A stretch of 64,000 nt of DNA from Candidatus Pyrohabitans jungbluthii (GTDB lineage: Archaea > Hydrothermarchaeota > Hydrothermarchaeia > Hydrothermarchaeales > BMS3B). A program made the translations under genes and the position numbers. Below the pieces are notes generated by a model. It made no database searches. It worked only from the letters and a program-made list of their open reading frames with translations, and had not been told where the DNA came from. Of the stretch, positions 37,364 to 47,354 are shown one piece after another; within the stretch, counting starts at the first letter, position 1; each line of letters begins with the position of its first letter. The stretch lies in NCBI GenBank assembly GCA_002010065.2, contig MTMD02000005.1, forward strand, positions 22,180 through 86,179, read 5' to 3'.

Positions 37364-39046
37364 ATGAAAGATGCGAACTTTAAGCTCTGGAAAGATGTTG
37401 TAGAAAACCTGGATGAGGCTGTGCATGTAATCAACAGAGATTTTAAGATAGTCCTCGCCAACCGTAGGCTCGCTGAACTTGTGGGTCTGCAGAAGGAGGA
37501 AATAACAGGAAAGAAGCTTTTTGAGCTTTTTCCTGCAGAGAAGGGGGTTGAGAGGGAGTACTTAGAGGTTTTTAACTCGGGAGAGGGATTGCGAACCACC
37601 GAAAGAATGGTATTTGGAGGTAAAGAGTACTACATGAGGACAACAAAGCTCCCTCTTGACCTGAAGGGTGAGAGGCTTGTTTTAACAATTATTCGCGATG
37701 TAACTGATGAAGAACTCGCCAAAAAGGAAATATTGAAACTTAAAAACTTTAGTGATAGTATTTTTGAGAGTATATCCACTGGAATAATGGTCCTCGACAG
37801 AGATTTTAAGATAAGGGCTATGAATGCATACCAAGTGGAGCACATGCGCAGGTTTGGAAAGCTTAATATAAATCGTGAGGAGGTAATCGGGAAGCATTTC
37901 AGTGAGATAAGCACGCTGCTAGAGGAGGAGCATCGCGGCGAAAGCTTCAGGGAGCTTTTCAGACGTGTGCTGGAGCAAGGCGAGGTTATAAAGATTTACA
38001 ACCATGAGCATCGCTCAAAGGCAGGGGCTACAGTTTATCTAAACTTTACGCTTCAGCCCTTGAGAGGAGCAGGCGGTGAAATAGAGGGGGTAGTACTTCT
38101 CAGTGAGGATGCCACCGAAAAAGCTATGCTGGAGCAGGAGGTTGAGCAGAGCAGGGACTTTCTCAAGAGAATACTTGAAAGCCTAGGTCAGGGTGTCGTC
38201 GTTGTAGACCGGGAATTCAGGATTTTAATGTGCAATACAGCCTACACTGAGATGGCTGGGCTAAGCAGGGAAGAGATTATTGGAAAGAAGTGTTATGAGG
38301 TTGCTCACCTCCGGCAATGGTCATGCGCAGAGGAAAGGGAACTCTGTCCTGCTGTTGAGGTTTTTTCAACCGGAAAGCCCGTAAAGGTTGTGCATGAGCA
38401 TCGCAGAAAAGACGGGAGTAGCTATTACGCTGAGGTAAACGCGTATCCTCTGAGAAACGATAGGGGTGAAGTGGTTCAGGTTATAGAGATGGTAAACGAC
38501 ATAACAGAGAGATACGAGCTTGAAAAGAAGCTGAGGGAGACGAGGGACTTCCTTAACAATATTGTAAAAAGCTCCGGGGATGCAATAGTAGCAACCGACT
38601 TGGAGGGCAGGATAACCTTCTGGAGCCAGGGAGCAGAGAATTTGTTTGGCTACAAAGCGAAGGAAATGCTGGGTGGGAGCATATACGACCTATATCCTGA
38701 GGAGTTTAAGGTTAAGAGGAAGAGAATGGAGGAGTTCCTCCTAGAGTATCCTGAAAATGCAATAAGAAACTACAGGATGAAGATTTACAAAAAGGACGGT
38801 AAACTTGTGGATATAAGCCTCTCCCTTTCTCTGCTAAAGGATGCAAAGGGCGAGCCCATCGGCATGGTTGGTATATCCAAAGATATAACCAGAGAAGTTA
38901 AGGCTGAAGAGGAACTGAAGCGAAAGATACGTGAGCTTGAGGACTTCTACAACATGGCGATTGGAAGGGAAATAAAGATGATAGAACTCAAAAATGAGAT
39001 TGAGAGGCTGCGTGAGGAGATTCGCAGGTTGCGAGGCGAAGCGTGA
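37364..39046 (+). CDS. Cytoplasmic four-PAS sensor protein without kinase domain
   Basis: Four PAS/PAC repeats ending RDVT/EDAT/NDIT/KDIT; coiled-coil tail. Confidence 0.85.
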   Translation: MKDANFKLWKDVVENLDEAVHVINRDFKIVLANRRLAELVGLQKEEITGKKLFELFPAEKGVEREYLEVFNSGEGLRTTERMVFGGKEYYMRTTKLPLDLKGERLVLTIIRDVTDEELAKKEILKLKNFSDSIFESISTGIMVLDRDFKIRAMNAYQVEHMRRFGKLNINREEVIGKHFSEISTLLEEEHRGESFRELFRRVLEQGEVIKIYNHEHRSKAGATVYLNFTLQPLRGAGGEIEGVVLLSEDATEKAMLEQEVEQSRDFLKRILESLGQGVVVVDREFRILMCNTAYTEMAGLSREEIIGKKCYEVAHLRQWSCAEERELCPAVEVFSTGKPVKVVHEHRRKDGSSYYAEVNAYPLRNDRGEVVQVIEMVNDITERYELEKKLRETRDFLNNIVKSSGDAIVATDLEGRITFWSQGAENLFGYKAKEMLGGSIYDLYPEEFKVKRKRMEEFLLEYPENAIRNYRMKIYKKDGKLVDISLSLSLLKDAKGEPIGMVGISKDITREVKAEEELKRKIRELEDFYNMAIGREIKMIELKNEIERLREEIRRLRGEA

Positions 39047-40533
39047 TGCTCAAATTTCTGAGAGAGCTCACTGCGACAATAAAAACTCATAGGCTGAGTA
39101 TTGCAATAGGTGTAAGTGGTTGGCTCCTGCTCATCCTCTATCTCACCTATGAATACAAAGCCATGGCTGGTCTCCGGGGGCTTATTGCTCACCTCACAAG
39201 AATTGACCCCATATTTCTCACATTTCACATTATGATTTTCCTCGCCCCGGTGGTTTCAACAGCTTTCGCCTACCTAGTGAGCAAAAAGATTGAGCTTGAA
39301 GCTGAGCTCAGAAAACACACAGAAGAGCTGATAAAGATAGTCGAGGAGAGAACAACGCAACTTAGGCACTACTCGGAGCATCTGAAGGAGCTTGTGGATG
39401 AGCGCACCGCTGAGCTTCGCGCCATTCTTGTTGCCTCGATGGATGCGGTGATAAATTTCAGCAGCAGGGGCGAGATTCTGATGTGGAGTCGAGGAGCAGA
39501 AGATATCCTCGGCTATAGTGAAGCTGAGGTTGCCGGTGAAGCCTTTGAGAATCTCTTTCCCCCGGAGATTAGGGAGGAGCTAAGGGAACTCATCAAAAAG
39601 GCGAGAATTGAGGGATTTGCAAGGCAGGGAGAACTCAAGATGCGCAGAAAAGACGGAAGCGTTATCGATGTAGAGATGACCTTGACATCCCTGGGTAAGC
39701 TGGGATTCACCGCAATAGTGCGCGACATTACCCAGAGGAAACAATATGAGGAGATGCTCAAGCGCAGCCGGGATGCGTACTTCAATATGCTCCAAGACTT
39801 GGAGAAGGCACATGAGGAACTAAAGTTTGCCTATAATGAGCTTCGGGAGATAGACAGGATTAAAACCGACATAATATCCAATGTAAGCCATGAACTAAAG
39901 ACGCCGCTAACTGTGGCGAGGGGATTTATAGAGCTTGCTATGGGCGAGGCAAATGATAATGTAAAGGGATACCTCAAGAAGGCTGCAGAGGCTCTCGACA
40001 GGCAGAGCCACATAATAGATGACCTGGTGAAGGTTGCAGAGATACACAGGGGTGAAATATCGCTTAATTTCGAAGTGGCCGATATTGAGAATATTATATG
40101 GGAGGTAGTGGAGAGGAAGGAAGATATGGCGGCACGCCACAGGGTTAGAATATATGTGGAGCTTGATAACGGTCTGCCTCCTGTTAAGGTTGACGTCAGC
40201 GGCATTAAGCATGTGCTCAACAACCTACTGGACAATGCGATAAAGTTCAACCGCATAGGGGGGGAGGTGAAGGTAAAGGTAACCAATCCGAAGAGTGGTG
40301 GCTATATAGTAATCTGCATTGAGGACACCGGCATAGGTATAGAAAAGCAGCACCTTGAGAAGATATTCGAGCCTCTGTATCAAGTGGACTCCTCCACCAC
40401 GAGGCGCTACCCAGGCACGGGTATGGGCTTAGCCCTAGCAAAGCGCATGGTGGAACTGCACGGCGGAAGCATATGGGCAGAAAGCGAGCCGGGGAAGGGG
40501 AGCAAGTTCTGCTTTACCCTGCCCGTTGAATAA
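39043..40533 (+). CDS. Membrane PAS sensor histidine kinase
   Basis: [29 protein letters not shown]. Confidence 0.95.
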   Translation: MMLKFLRELTATIKTHRLSIAIGVSGWLLLILYLTYEYKAMAGLRGLIAHLTRIDPIFLTFHIMIFLAPVVSTAFAYLVSKKIELEAELRKHTEELIKIVEERTTQLRHYSEHLKELVDERTAELRAILVASMDAVINFSSRGEILMWSRGAEDILGYSEAEVAGEAFENLFPPEIREELRELIKKARIEGFARQGELKMRRKDGSVIDVEMTLTSLGKLGFTAIVRDITQRKQYEEMLKRSRDAYFNMLQDLEKAHEELKFAYNELREIDRIKTDIISNVSHELKTPLTVARGFIELAMGEANDNVKGYLKKAAEALDRQSHIIDDLVKVAEIHRGEISLNFEVADIENIIWEVVERKEDMAARHRVRIYVELDNGLPPVKVDVSGIKHVLNNLLDNAIKFNRIGGEVKVKVTNPKSGGYIVICIEDTGIGIEKQHLEKIFEPLYQVDSSTTRRYPGTGMGLALAKRMVELHGGSIWAESEPGKGSKFCFTLPVE

Positions 40534-40680
40534 TCAGTGCAGCTTTACTGAGAGGTGCACTAGGAATGCGGCGAAAAGGGCGAGGAGTAGCGCTTTGATA
40601 AGGTCGCCGGAGAATAGCCTCTCCACGGCTATGGTCATGAGCGCAATCGCAGCCAGCTTGATAATATGCTCAAGCTTCAT
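40534..40680 (-). CDS. 48-aa two-TM protein, last gene of the cytochrome b operon
   Basis: Manually translated MKLEHIIKLAAIALMTIAVERLFSGDLIKALLLALFAAFLVHLSVKLH; ATGA overlap with the petD stop. Confidence 0.6.
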   Translation of the reverse strand: MKLEHIIKLAAIALMTIAVERLFSGDLIKALLLALFAAFLVHLSVKLH

Positions 40681-41117
40681 GTTAGTAGCTCAGCGTAACT
40701 GGTTATGTCTGCGGTGTAGGCATAGTAGGCAAGGTAGAGGAGGAGCAGCACGAAAGCAATGCCTGCAATGCTCCAAGCACGCCTTTTCAGGGGGTGCTCT
40801 GCCTCTTCCTCGCCCCTGTCTATAAAGGGGAGAAGTAGTATTACCAGGAGGATAACCACTGGCAGAGCTACAGCCATGCTCTGGTTGGGGGAGATGTTGC
40901 TATCCCAGAAGGCGAGGAAGCCGAAGAGGGGTGAGAGGTACCACTGCGGCTCTATCGCGGTGATTTCACCCACTTTTGCCTCTTCACCAAGAGGTGCAGG
41001 AAAGTAGGCTGCGAGCAGAAGGAGCACACCCAGCACAAAGCTGGCGACACCTAACTCGCGGACCACCTGGTAGGGGAAGAATGGTATCCTTAGCTCCTGC
41101 TTTTTCATCCTCAACAC
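40677..41117 (-). CDS. petD: Cytochrome b6 subunit IV-like protein
   Basis: PFFPYQ, IEPQWYL (PEWY variant), LLPFID. Confidence 0.85.
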   Translation of the reverse strand: MLRMKKQELRIPFFPYQVVRELGVASFVLGVLLLLAAYFPAPLGEEAKVGEITAIEPQWYLSPLFGFLAFWDSNISPNQSMAVALPVVILLVILLLPFIDRGEEEAEHPLKRRAWSIAGIAFVLLLLYLAYYAYTADITSYAELLT

Positions 41118-41118
41118 C

Positions 41119-41778
41119 TCACATGTAGCTCGCTATCCCCTGCCTCCTCACCATGAGGAAATGGATAATCATCAGGGTAAAGGCAGCCATGGGTATGAGG
41201 AAGACATGCAGGAAGTATAGCCTCGTAAGAGTCTCTCCGGTTATCGCCACCTCGCCAAGAAAAACCCTCACCACCCATGCGCCTGCGAAGGGCAGCGATG
41301 CAGGGGCGAGCACCACAACGCTGGTGGCGCCGTAGCTTGCAACGTCCCAGCGCAGGGCATAGCCGCTGAACCCAAAGGTGAAGGTAAGTAAGAGCAGAGC
41401 CACGCCCACTAGCCAGTTCAGCTCCCTAGGCTTGCGGTAGGCGCCCATGAAGTACACCCTGAGCATGTGCAGGAGCACTGCCGCAATCATAACGTTGCCA
41501 GCCCAGTAGTGAAGGCTCCTAACAAGGGAGCCCAGAGGCACTTCATAAGTTATCACCCTCACGCTCTCATACGCGAAGGCTGCATCTGGCAGGTAGTACC
41601 TTGCGAGAGCTATTCCGGTGACCACCTCTACGAGGAAGGCGAGGAAGGCTACGCCACCAAGGCAGTAGACGGGGTTGGCAGCCTGTTTTGGCACCATTTT
41701 GCGCAAAGCACGCTCTATATCGCTGCGAATTCCAAGCCTCTCGTCCAGCCAGTCTATTAGCTTAGTGGTGAGGCTCAT
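41119..41778 (-). CDS. petB: Cytochrome b6-like protein (split cytochrome b, N-part)
   Basis: W.DERL, YCLGG, four heme-ligand His, PRELNW, RRQGI. Confidence 0.9.
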   Translation of the reverse strand: MSLTTKLIDWLDERLGIRSDIERALRKMVPKQAANPVYCLGGVAFLAFLVEVVTGIALARYYLPDAAFAYESVRVITYEVPLGSLVRSLHYWAGNVMIAAVLLHMLRVYFMGAYRKPRELNWLVGVALLLLTFTFGFSGYALRWDVASYGATSVVVLAPASLPFAGAWVVRVFLGEVAITGETLTRLYFLHVFLIPMAAFTLMIIHFLMVRRQGIASYM

Positions 41779-42110
41779 TGCCCACCCCCCGAGATGTACT
41801 TCAGTAGCAAAGCCAAGCTGCTAACCGCAATGGCTGCGATCGCGATGAGCGCGGTGCCCTTAATAAACCCCTTCTCGCTGGAAATGATCCCCACCCTGCT
41901 CCTCCTCTCGAGGATATCAGTGAGAAGCTCGCCCAGAAGCTCGTACCTCACTAGGTACAGCACAACTCCTAGGAGCAGAAAGGCAGCACCCAGGTAGGTA
42001 CCCACAAGCTTTGGCTCCCCACCGATGAGAGCCTCCCTCATCGCAGCAAGGGATAGCAGGATTACCGCAAGGGAAAGCGGCACGAGGGTGGAAATGCGTA
42101 CCATGCCCAT
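41775..42110 (-). CDS. Three-TM membrane protein of the cytochrome b operon
   Basis: Hydrophobic; ATGA overlap with petB; start moved to ATG 42110. Confidence 0.65.
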   Translation of the reverse strand: MGMVRISTLVPLSLAVILLSLAAMREALIGGEPKLVGTYLGAAFLLLGVVLYLVRYELLGELLTDILERRSRVGIISSEKGFIKGTALIAIAAIAVSSLALLLKYISGGGQ

Positions 42111-42111
42111 T

Positions 42112-42282
42112 TCAACCACCGAGCTTTTCAAATATGTAGTCGAGCAGGAGGACTAAGAAAATCGCGGCAAAACTCAGCGCAAAGCTCAGAGGTTCGCCAA
42201 GCGCATAGTCGCGCGAGGGCACCGCAGAAGGTATTGCTAAGAGAGGAGCAGCGGCTACCAAAGCATTCGTTTTTTCCATCAT
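42112..42282 (-). CDS. 56-aa membrane protein, first gene of the cytochrome b operon
   Basis: Manually translated MMEKTNALVAAAPLLAIPSAVPSRDYALGEPLSFALSFAAIFLVLLLDYIFEKLGG; TATA about 30 nt upstream; stop abuts the next ATG. Confidence 0.55.
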   Translation of the reverse strand: MMEKTNALVAAAPLLAIPSAVPSRDYALGEPLSFALSFAAIFLVLLLDYIFEKLGG

Positions 42283-42351
42283 TCCGGATTAAAGATTGCC
42301 CCCCTGTGGTATATAAAGGTTCAGTTTTTCCATGTATGCTGGAAGAAACCA

Positions 42352-43950
42352 TCATTCAGTTTCTGGCATATTGCTAGAAAAATTGGCAAGCCCCTCCTGC
42401 TCTTTCATAAGCTTGTACTCAATGCTGTCCGCGAGCGCTATCCAGCTTGCCTCGATGATGTTCTCAGACACGCCTACGGTGCCCCAGCTATGCTTGCCGT
42501 CGCTGCTCTCTATGAGCACGCGCACCTTTGCTCCTGTGCCCTCGTGGGTGTCGAGCACGCGCACCTTATAATCTGTGAGGTATACCTGCTTAAGCACAGG
42601 GTAGAACTTCTCCAGCGCCTTGCGCAGCGCATTATCTAAAGCGTTAACAGGGCCATTTCCTTCTGCAGCCGTGTGCTCATACTTATCGCGAACCCTCACC
42701 TTCACCGTCGCCTCGGAGCGAATCCGCTCGCGTTCGGTGCTCACAATTACGCGGAAGCCTTCCAGCTCAAAGAAGGGCTTTGTTAGGCCAAGGGCGCGCT
42801 TCATGAGCAGCTCAAAACTCGCTTCGGCGCCTTCGAATTGATATCCCTGCTTCTCCATCTCCTTGAGCTTCTGGAGTATGAGCTTTACTTCGGGTGAGTC
42901 CTTCTCTAAGGCAATACCGTACTCCTTAGCTTTAACGTAGATGTTTGTCCTACCCGAGAGCTCAGACACCAGAAAGCGCCGCACGTTACCCACGCTCTCC
43001 GGATCAACGTGCTCATATGTGCGCGGGGCCTTGTAGACCGCATCCACGTGAATCCCCGCCTTATGGGCGAAGGCGGAGCTACCCACGTAGGGCAAGTTGT
43101 GCTGATGCGGAAGATTGGCGATCTCACTCACAAAGCGCGAGACCTCCGTGAGCTTTTGCAGCTGCTCATCGCTTATGCAGTCTATGCCAAGCTTCAGCTT
43201 GAGGTTGGGGATTATGGAGCAGAGGTTAGCGTTACCACAGCGCTCGCCATAGCCGTTTATAGTGCCTTGAACCTGCACCGCGCCCATTCTCACGGCGATA
43301 ATCGAGTTTGCCACTGCGGTGTCAGCGTCGTTATGTGCATGTATCCCCAAAGGCGTTGTAACCTTGCTTTTAACCTCCTTTATAATTTCCATGGTCTCGA
43401 AGGGTAAGGTTCCGCCGTTGGTGTCGCAGAGCACTAAGCAATCAACCCTCGCCTCCTCAGCGGCGCGTAGCGTGGCAAGGGCATACTCTGGGTTGCCCTT
43501 ATAGGCATCGAAGAAGTGCTCCGCGTCGAAGAAGACCTCCAACCCATGATCCTTGAGAAATTCCACGCTCTCGGTAATCATCGCCAGGTTTTCCTCAAGC
43601 TCAACCTTGAGCGCTGCCTTCACGTGCAGGTCCCAGCTCTTCCCGAAGATGGTCACAGTATTAACGCCGCTATCCACAAGAGCACGGAGGTTCACATCCT
43701 TAGAAGCGCTCACCTTAGCCCTGCGAGTGCTGCCAAAAGCTACAAGGCGAGCGTTGCTGAGCTCAAGCTTCCTCGCCTTCTCGAAGAATTCAGCATCTTT
43801 GGGGTTCGAGCCCGGCCACCCGCCCTCGATGTAGTGTATACCAAGCTCGTCCAGCTTTGCGGCAATGCGAAGCTTGTCCTCTACTGAGAAGGAGATGTGC
43901 TCTGACTGCGTACCGTCTCGCAGAGTGGTGTCGTAGAGCTTCACCTGCAT
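42352..43950 (-). CDS. cimA: Citramalate synthase (bacterial-type, LeuA-like)
   Basis: [51 protein letters not shown]. Confidence 0.92.
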   Translation of the reverse strand: MQVKLYDTTLRDGTQSEHISFSVEDKLRIAAKLDELGIHYIEGGWPGSNPKDAEFFEKARKLELSNARLVAFGSTRRAKVSASKDVNLRALVDSGVNTVTIFGKSWDLHVKAALKVELEENLAMITESVEFLKDHGLEVFFDAEHFFDAYKGNPEYALATLRAAEEARVDCLVLCDTNGGTLPFETMEIIKEVKSKVTTPLGIHAHNDADTAVANSIIAVRMGAVQVQGTINGYGERCGNANLCSIIPNLKLKLGIDCISDEQLQKLTEVSRFVSEIANLPHQHNLPYVGSSAFAHKAGIHVDAVYKAPRTYEHVDPESVGNVRRFLVSELSGRTNIYVKAKEYGIALEKDSPEVKLILQKLKEMEKQGYQFEGAEASFELLMKRALGLTKPFFELEGFRVIVSTERERIRSEATVKVRVRDKYEHTAAEGNGPVNALDNALRKALEKFYPVLKQVYLTDYKVRVLDTHEGTGAKVRVLIESSDGKHSWGTVGVSENIIEASWIALADSIEYKLMKEQEGLANFSSNMPETE

Positions 43951-44019
43951 CGCTCGCAACCCCTATGGCGCTGGACACGTCATACCCATGAGATAACAAT
44001 TACAAGCAAAACAATAACT

Positions 44020-44208
44020 CTACCTGTTGCCCGAAATCTTCATCGCAAGCACAAAAAAGGCGAAGCCCAGCAGAAAGAGCACTGAAAACTGGGAGATGTC
44101 ATCATTTAAAAGGTAGTGCACAGAGAAGAGTATGCACGCGAATCCAAATACTCCGTTTATCAGTGCAGGCTTAAAGGAGCCAACCCTGTAAAGCTGCACG
44201 GGTCGCAA
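44020..44208 (-). CDS. Small two-TM hypothetical protein
   Basis: Hydrophobic 62-aa ORF with SD-like GAGGGAGG. Confidence 0.45.
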   Translation of the reverse strand: MRPVQLYRVGSFKPALINGVFGFACILFSVHYLLNDDISQFSVLFLLGFAFFVLAMKISGNR

Positions 44209-44285
44209 AATTCCTCCCTCTATATCTATTCCTGATTTTACTGGCAGGTATATTTAAATCTTTTGATTTGAGATTATGTGTGCGT

Positions 44286-45293
44286 ATGAAGAGATTGAAG
44301 CTCAATCTGCTGGTTCTTATACTTGTAACACTCCTCCTTGTGGGTGCAGCCGGGAAGATAAGCTGGCGTGAGGCATTAGCTCTCGCTTCAGGGGCGAGAT
44401 ATGAATTTATCGCTGCTGCCGTTGGCATAACCATTGCAAGATTTCTGCTCTGGAGCTTAAAATGGCTGCTACTAATAAGACCTTTGGCAAAGGGTGTGCG
44501 TTTCTCGCGGATTTTTGTGATTCTGCTTGCAGGCTTATTTGTGAGCACCTCAACGCCTGGAGCCAATGTTGGTGGCGAGCCCCTTCGCGCCTACTACCTT
44601 GCTAAAGAGGCTAGAATCAAGAAGAGCGCCGCAATGGCAACGGTGATGATGGACAAGGCGGGAAACTACACTGCCTTCTTCATCTTTTCCCTAGCTTCGA
44701 TCTTCCTGCTCTGGCTCTTCCTCGAGATACCCCCAGCGCTCAAGTTCCTTGGAGAGGTGCTTCTCTTCATCATCGCTCTTGCCGCTCTCTCCTCCACCTA
44801 CCTGAGGCGAAGCGAAGCCGCTCAAGCGAAGGTCCTCCGCTTTGTGTATCATCTTCCTCCCCTTGAGATGCTCAGGAGGAGGTTCAGCAGCTACGCAGCC
44901 TTTGAGAGCTTCGTGTCTAGCAGGTTTGAGCTGTTTCTGCGCACATTAAGAGAGCTGTCAACGCAGCGGCGCGCGCTCGTGGCAAACCTGCTGCTCTCTT
45001 TTGCTATCTGGCTGACCTCTTACATAAAAACCTACCTAGTATTCCTGGCGCTTGGGGTTAACGCCTCTCTGCTTCTTGTTACTGCGGTGAAAACCGTGGC
45101 AATCCTAGTAGGTATGGCGAGCTTTTTGCCAGGTGGCATGGGCGCAACAGAGGCGACAATGGTGGCGCTTTTCGCAGGCGCGGGCATAGAGGGCAGTGTA
45201 GCCCTTGCTGGAATACTGCTCTCACGCGCAATTTACTACTTCTTCGCCCTTGGCTTGGGCTACGCATGCCTCCTCTGCCTCAGGCTTCACTAG
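44286..45293 (+). CDS. UPF0104/LPG-synthase-TM (flippase-like) membrane protein
   Basis: TPGANVGGEPLRAY, LPGGMGATE, R…Y motif. Confidence 0.85.
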   Translation: MKRLKLNLLVLILVTLLLVGAAGKISWREALALASGARYEFIAAAVGITIARFLLWSLKWLLLIRPLAKGVRFSRIFVILLAGLFVSTSTPGANVGGEPLRAYYLAKEARIKKSAAMATVMMDKAGNYTAFFIFSLASIFLLWLFLEIPPALKFLGEVLLFIIALAALSSTYLRRSEAAQAKVLRFVYHLPPLEMLRRRFSSYAAFESFVSSRFELFLRTLRELSTQRRALVANLLLSFAIWLTSYIKTYLVFLALGVNASLLLVTAVKTVAILVGMASFLPGGMGATEATMVALFAGAGIEGSVALAGILLSRAIYYFFALGLGYACLLCLRLH

Positions 45294-45328
45294 GCTTAGT
45301 TGCATGCGTTAAGTTTTGCGCTTAACGC

Positions 45329-46330
45329 ATGGTCAAGCCTAGGCTGCGTGACTTCCTCATAACCCGCGAAGGCATGATATTTGCGGTTGTGAGTTATGCT
45401 CATCCTCCGGGACGCTACTTAGCCTTCCTGCGCTACTACCCCTGTGAGCATGGGGAGCGACGCCGCTCAGGTAAGGGCTACTGCAAGGTCGCTTCGACGA
45501 CGCGGTCCTTCGAATACCTTCAGGAGCGCTACCCGGGGTACATATTCACCCACGCTGGGGCACGCCTTCAGGCGGTGCCTTCCTCGAGGGTGGAGGAGGT
45601 GCTAACTCCAAGGGAAAGGCTGGCGGAGATAGCAGAGGAGCCAACAGATGCACTCGAAGAAAAGGCTGCACAGCTTGCGGAGATTTTTTCCAGTGTGGTG
45701 CCTGCGAGCAAGCTGGGTGTAACCGGCTCGCTGCTCGCGGGCTTGCATTTACCCACGTCGGACATAGACTTTGTTATTTACGGGACGGAGAACCATCGCA
45801 GGGCGAGAGAGCTTCTTGCGGAGCTCATTGAAAATGAGAACTCTGGCATACGAGAGCTTAACATTGAGGAATGGCGTCAGGCGTATGAGAAGCGCTTTCC
45901 CGGTCACAAAACGCTGAGCTTTGAGGATTTCCTATGGCATGAGCGGCGGAAGTTTCACAAGGCTAGCGTGGCTGGCACCGCCTTCGACCTGCTGCTGGTG
46001 CGGGAGAGGTGCGCTGTGAGCTGGGGAGAGGAGAGCTACACCCGCCTCGGCCTCACTACGGTGAGCTGCGTTGTGGAGGACGCCTCCCTCGCATTTGACT
46101 ACCCGGCTCGCTACGCTGTGAGCTGCGACGATGCTGGCATTGAAGAAATTGTAGCTTACACTCACACCTACGCGGGGCAGGCGATGGAGGGGGAGCGCAT
46201 CCTGGCGAGGGGCTACCTGGAGGAGGTAAGATCGCGGAGGAGAAGCTACCTGCGCCTCGTCGTTGGCACAACGCGTGAGGCTGCGGGGGAGTACATCAAG
46301 GTTATAAACGCGCCTCCAGCCAGGCGATAA
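45329..46330 (+). CDS. Archaeal predicted nucleotidyltransferase (COG1665-like)
   Basis: RLRDF, GVTGS…SDIDFVIYG, HTYAGQA, VVGTTREA. Confidence 0.82.
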   Translation: MVKPRLRDFLITREGMIFAVVSYAHPPGRYLAFLRYYPCEHGERRRSGKGYCKVASTTRSFEYLQERYPGYIFTHAGARLQAVPSSRVEEVLTPRERLAEIAEEPTDALEEKAAQLAEIFSSVVPASKLGVTGSLLAGLHLPTSDIDFVIYGTENHRRARELLAELIENENSGIRELNIEEWRQAYEKRFPGHKTLSFEDFLWHERRKFHKASVAGTAFDLLLVRERCAVSWGEESYTRLGLTTVSCVVEDASLAFDYPARYAVSCDDAGIEEIVAYTHTYAGQAMEGERILARGYLEEVRSRRRSYLRLVVGTTREAAGEYIKVINAPPARR

Positions 46331-46994
46331 CCTTCTTCCTGAGCTCAGGTGAAGCGCTAAGCATCTCTGTGCCGTGCCCTGCATTGCTAAGCCTCTCAAA
46401 CACCTTCTCGCCTTTTACAAGGGAGTATAGCTGCTCAGCCGACGAGAAGGCGTAGGCATCTTCTTCGCTGGCGGCGAAGAGGACAGAGCGCGAATACCGC
46501 GCTGCTGCGTCGTCAGTAACCACACCGCGGTAGTTCAGGCCAGGAGATAGGAGCACCACGGTCTTAATTTCGCTATCTTCCGCAGCGTAGCGCAGGGCTA
46601 TGTTCGCACCTATGCTTGCCCCTACTATGCCTATCCTGCCCGGCTTTACCCCCATGCCAAGGAGGTACTCCTTCGCCGCTTTCACGTCCAGAACCATGGT
46701 GTTGAAATCGCTTGCAGAAAAGCTCCGCCAGTCTCCTGAGCTGCTTCCATGTCCGCGGAGGTCAATCGCTATAACAGAAAAGCCGCGCTTCTGAAGCTCC
46801 TGTGCAAAGGCAGTGTAATCCCCGCGGTTCCTCCCCAGCATGTGGAGCAGTATAACCCCTCGCTCTCCTCCAGGATAGTAGGTGGCAGCTATCTTGGCTC
46901 CATCTTCTGTGGCCAGGGTAACCTCCTCTTTCACGCCGCCACCTGTACATGCAGTGAGGAGGAGAAGCACCGCAATGAGCAAAAACCACCTCAT
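46302..46994 (-). CDS. Alpha/beta hydrolase lipoprotein
   Basis: LTAC lipobox, DLRGHG, GASIG nucleophile elbow, GHG. Confidence 0.85.
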   Translation of the reverse strand: MRWFLLIAVLLLLTACTGGGVKEEVTLATEDGAKIAATYYPGGERGVILLHMLGRNRGDYTAFAQELQKRGFSVIAIDLRGHGSSSGDWRSFSASDFNTMVLDVKAAKEYLLGMGVKPGRIGIVGASIGANIALRYAAEDSEIKTVVLLSPGLNYRGVVTDDAAARYSRSVLFAASEEDAYAFSSAEQLYSLVKGEKVFERLSNAGHGTEMLSASPELRKKVIAWLEARL

Positions 46995-47025
46995 ACGTAA
47001 ACATTGCCCTAGGAACATAATAAAA

Positions 47026-47334
47026 TTAGCGCTGGCTCTCAAGCTTCTCAATCAGTGAGCGCAGGTAGGCGATGCCCTCCTCCAGAAGCTTCTCCCCTTT
47101 CTCGGTAATGCGGTAGTACTTCTTGTTTTCGCTTCGCCTCGCCTCAACGTAGCCCTCGCTTTCCAGGCGATAAAGCACAACATAAGGCGTTACCAGCGCC
47201 GGTGAGATTCCAAACCTCTCCTTAAGCAGAGGCTTTATCTCATAAGCATAAAGCTCCCGCTCCTTCAGGAGCCGGAGTATGTAGAGCCAGAGCACTTCCT
47301 TTGTTGTCTTATCTCTCAGACGGCGCAGAGGCAT
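47026..47334 (-). CDS. PadR-family regulator
   Basis: YAYEI, YVVLYRLESEG, KYYRITEKG. Confidence 0.9.
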   Translation of the reverse strand: MPLRRLRDKTTKEVLWLYILRLLKERELYAYEIKPLLKERFGISPALVTPYVVLYRLESEGYVEARRSENKKYYRITEKGEKLLEEGIAYLRSLIEKLESQR

Positions 47335-47354
47335 GAGTAACTATTGACACGGGG

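Noticed and set aside
42128-42355. 75-aa ORF-track call upstream of the cytochrome b operon
   Set aside because: A different frame (42112-42282) gives a hydrophobic protein with TATA and tight coupling
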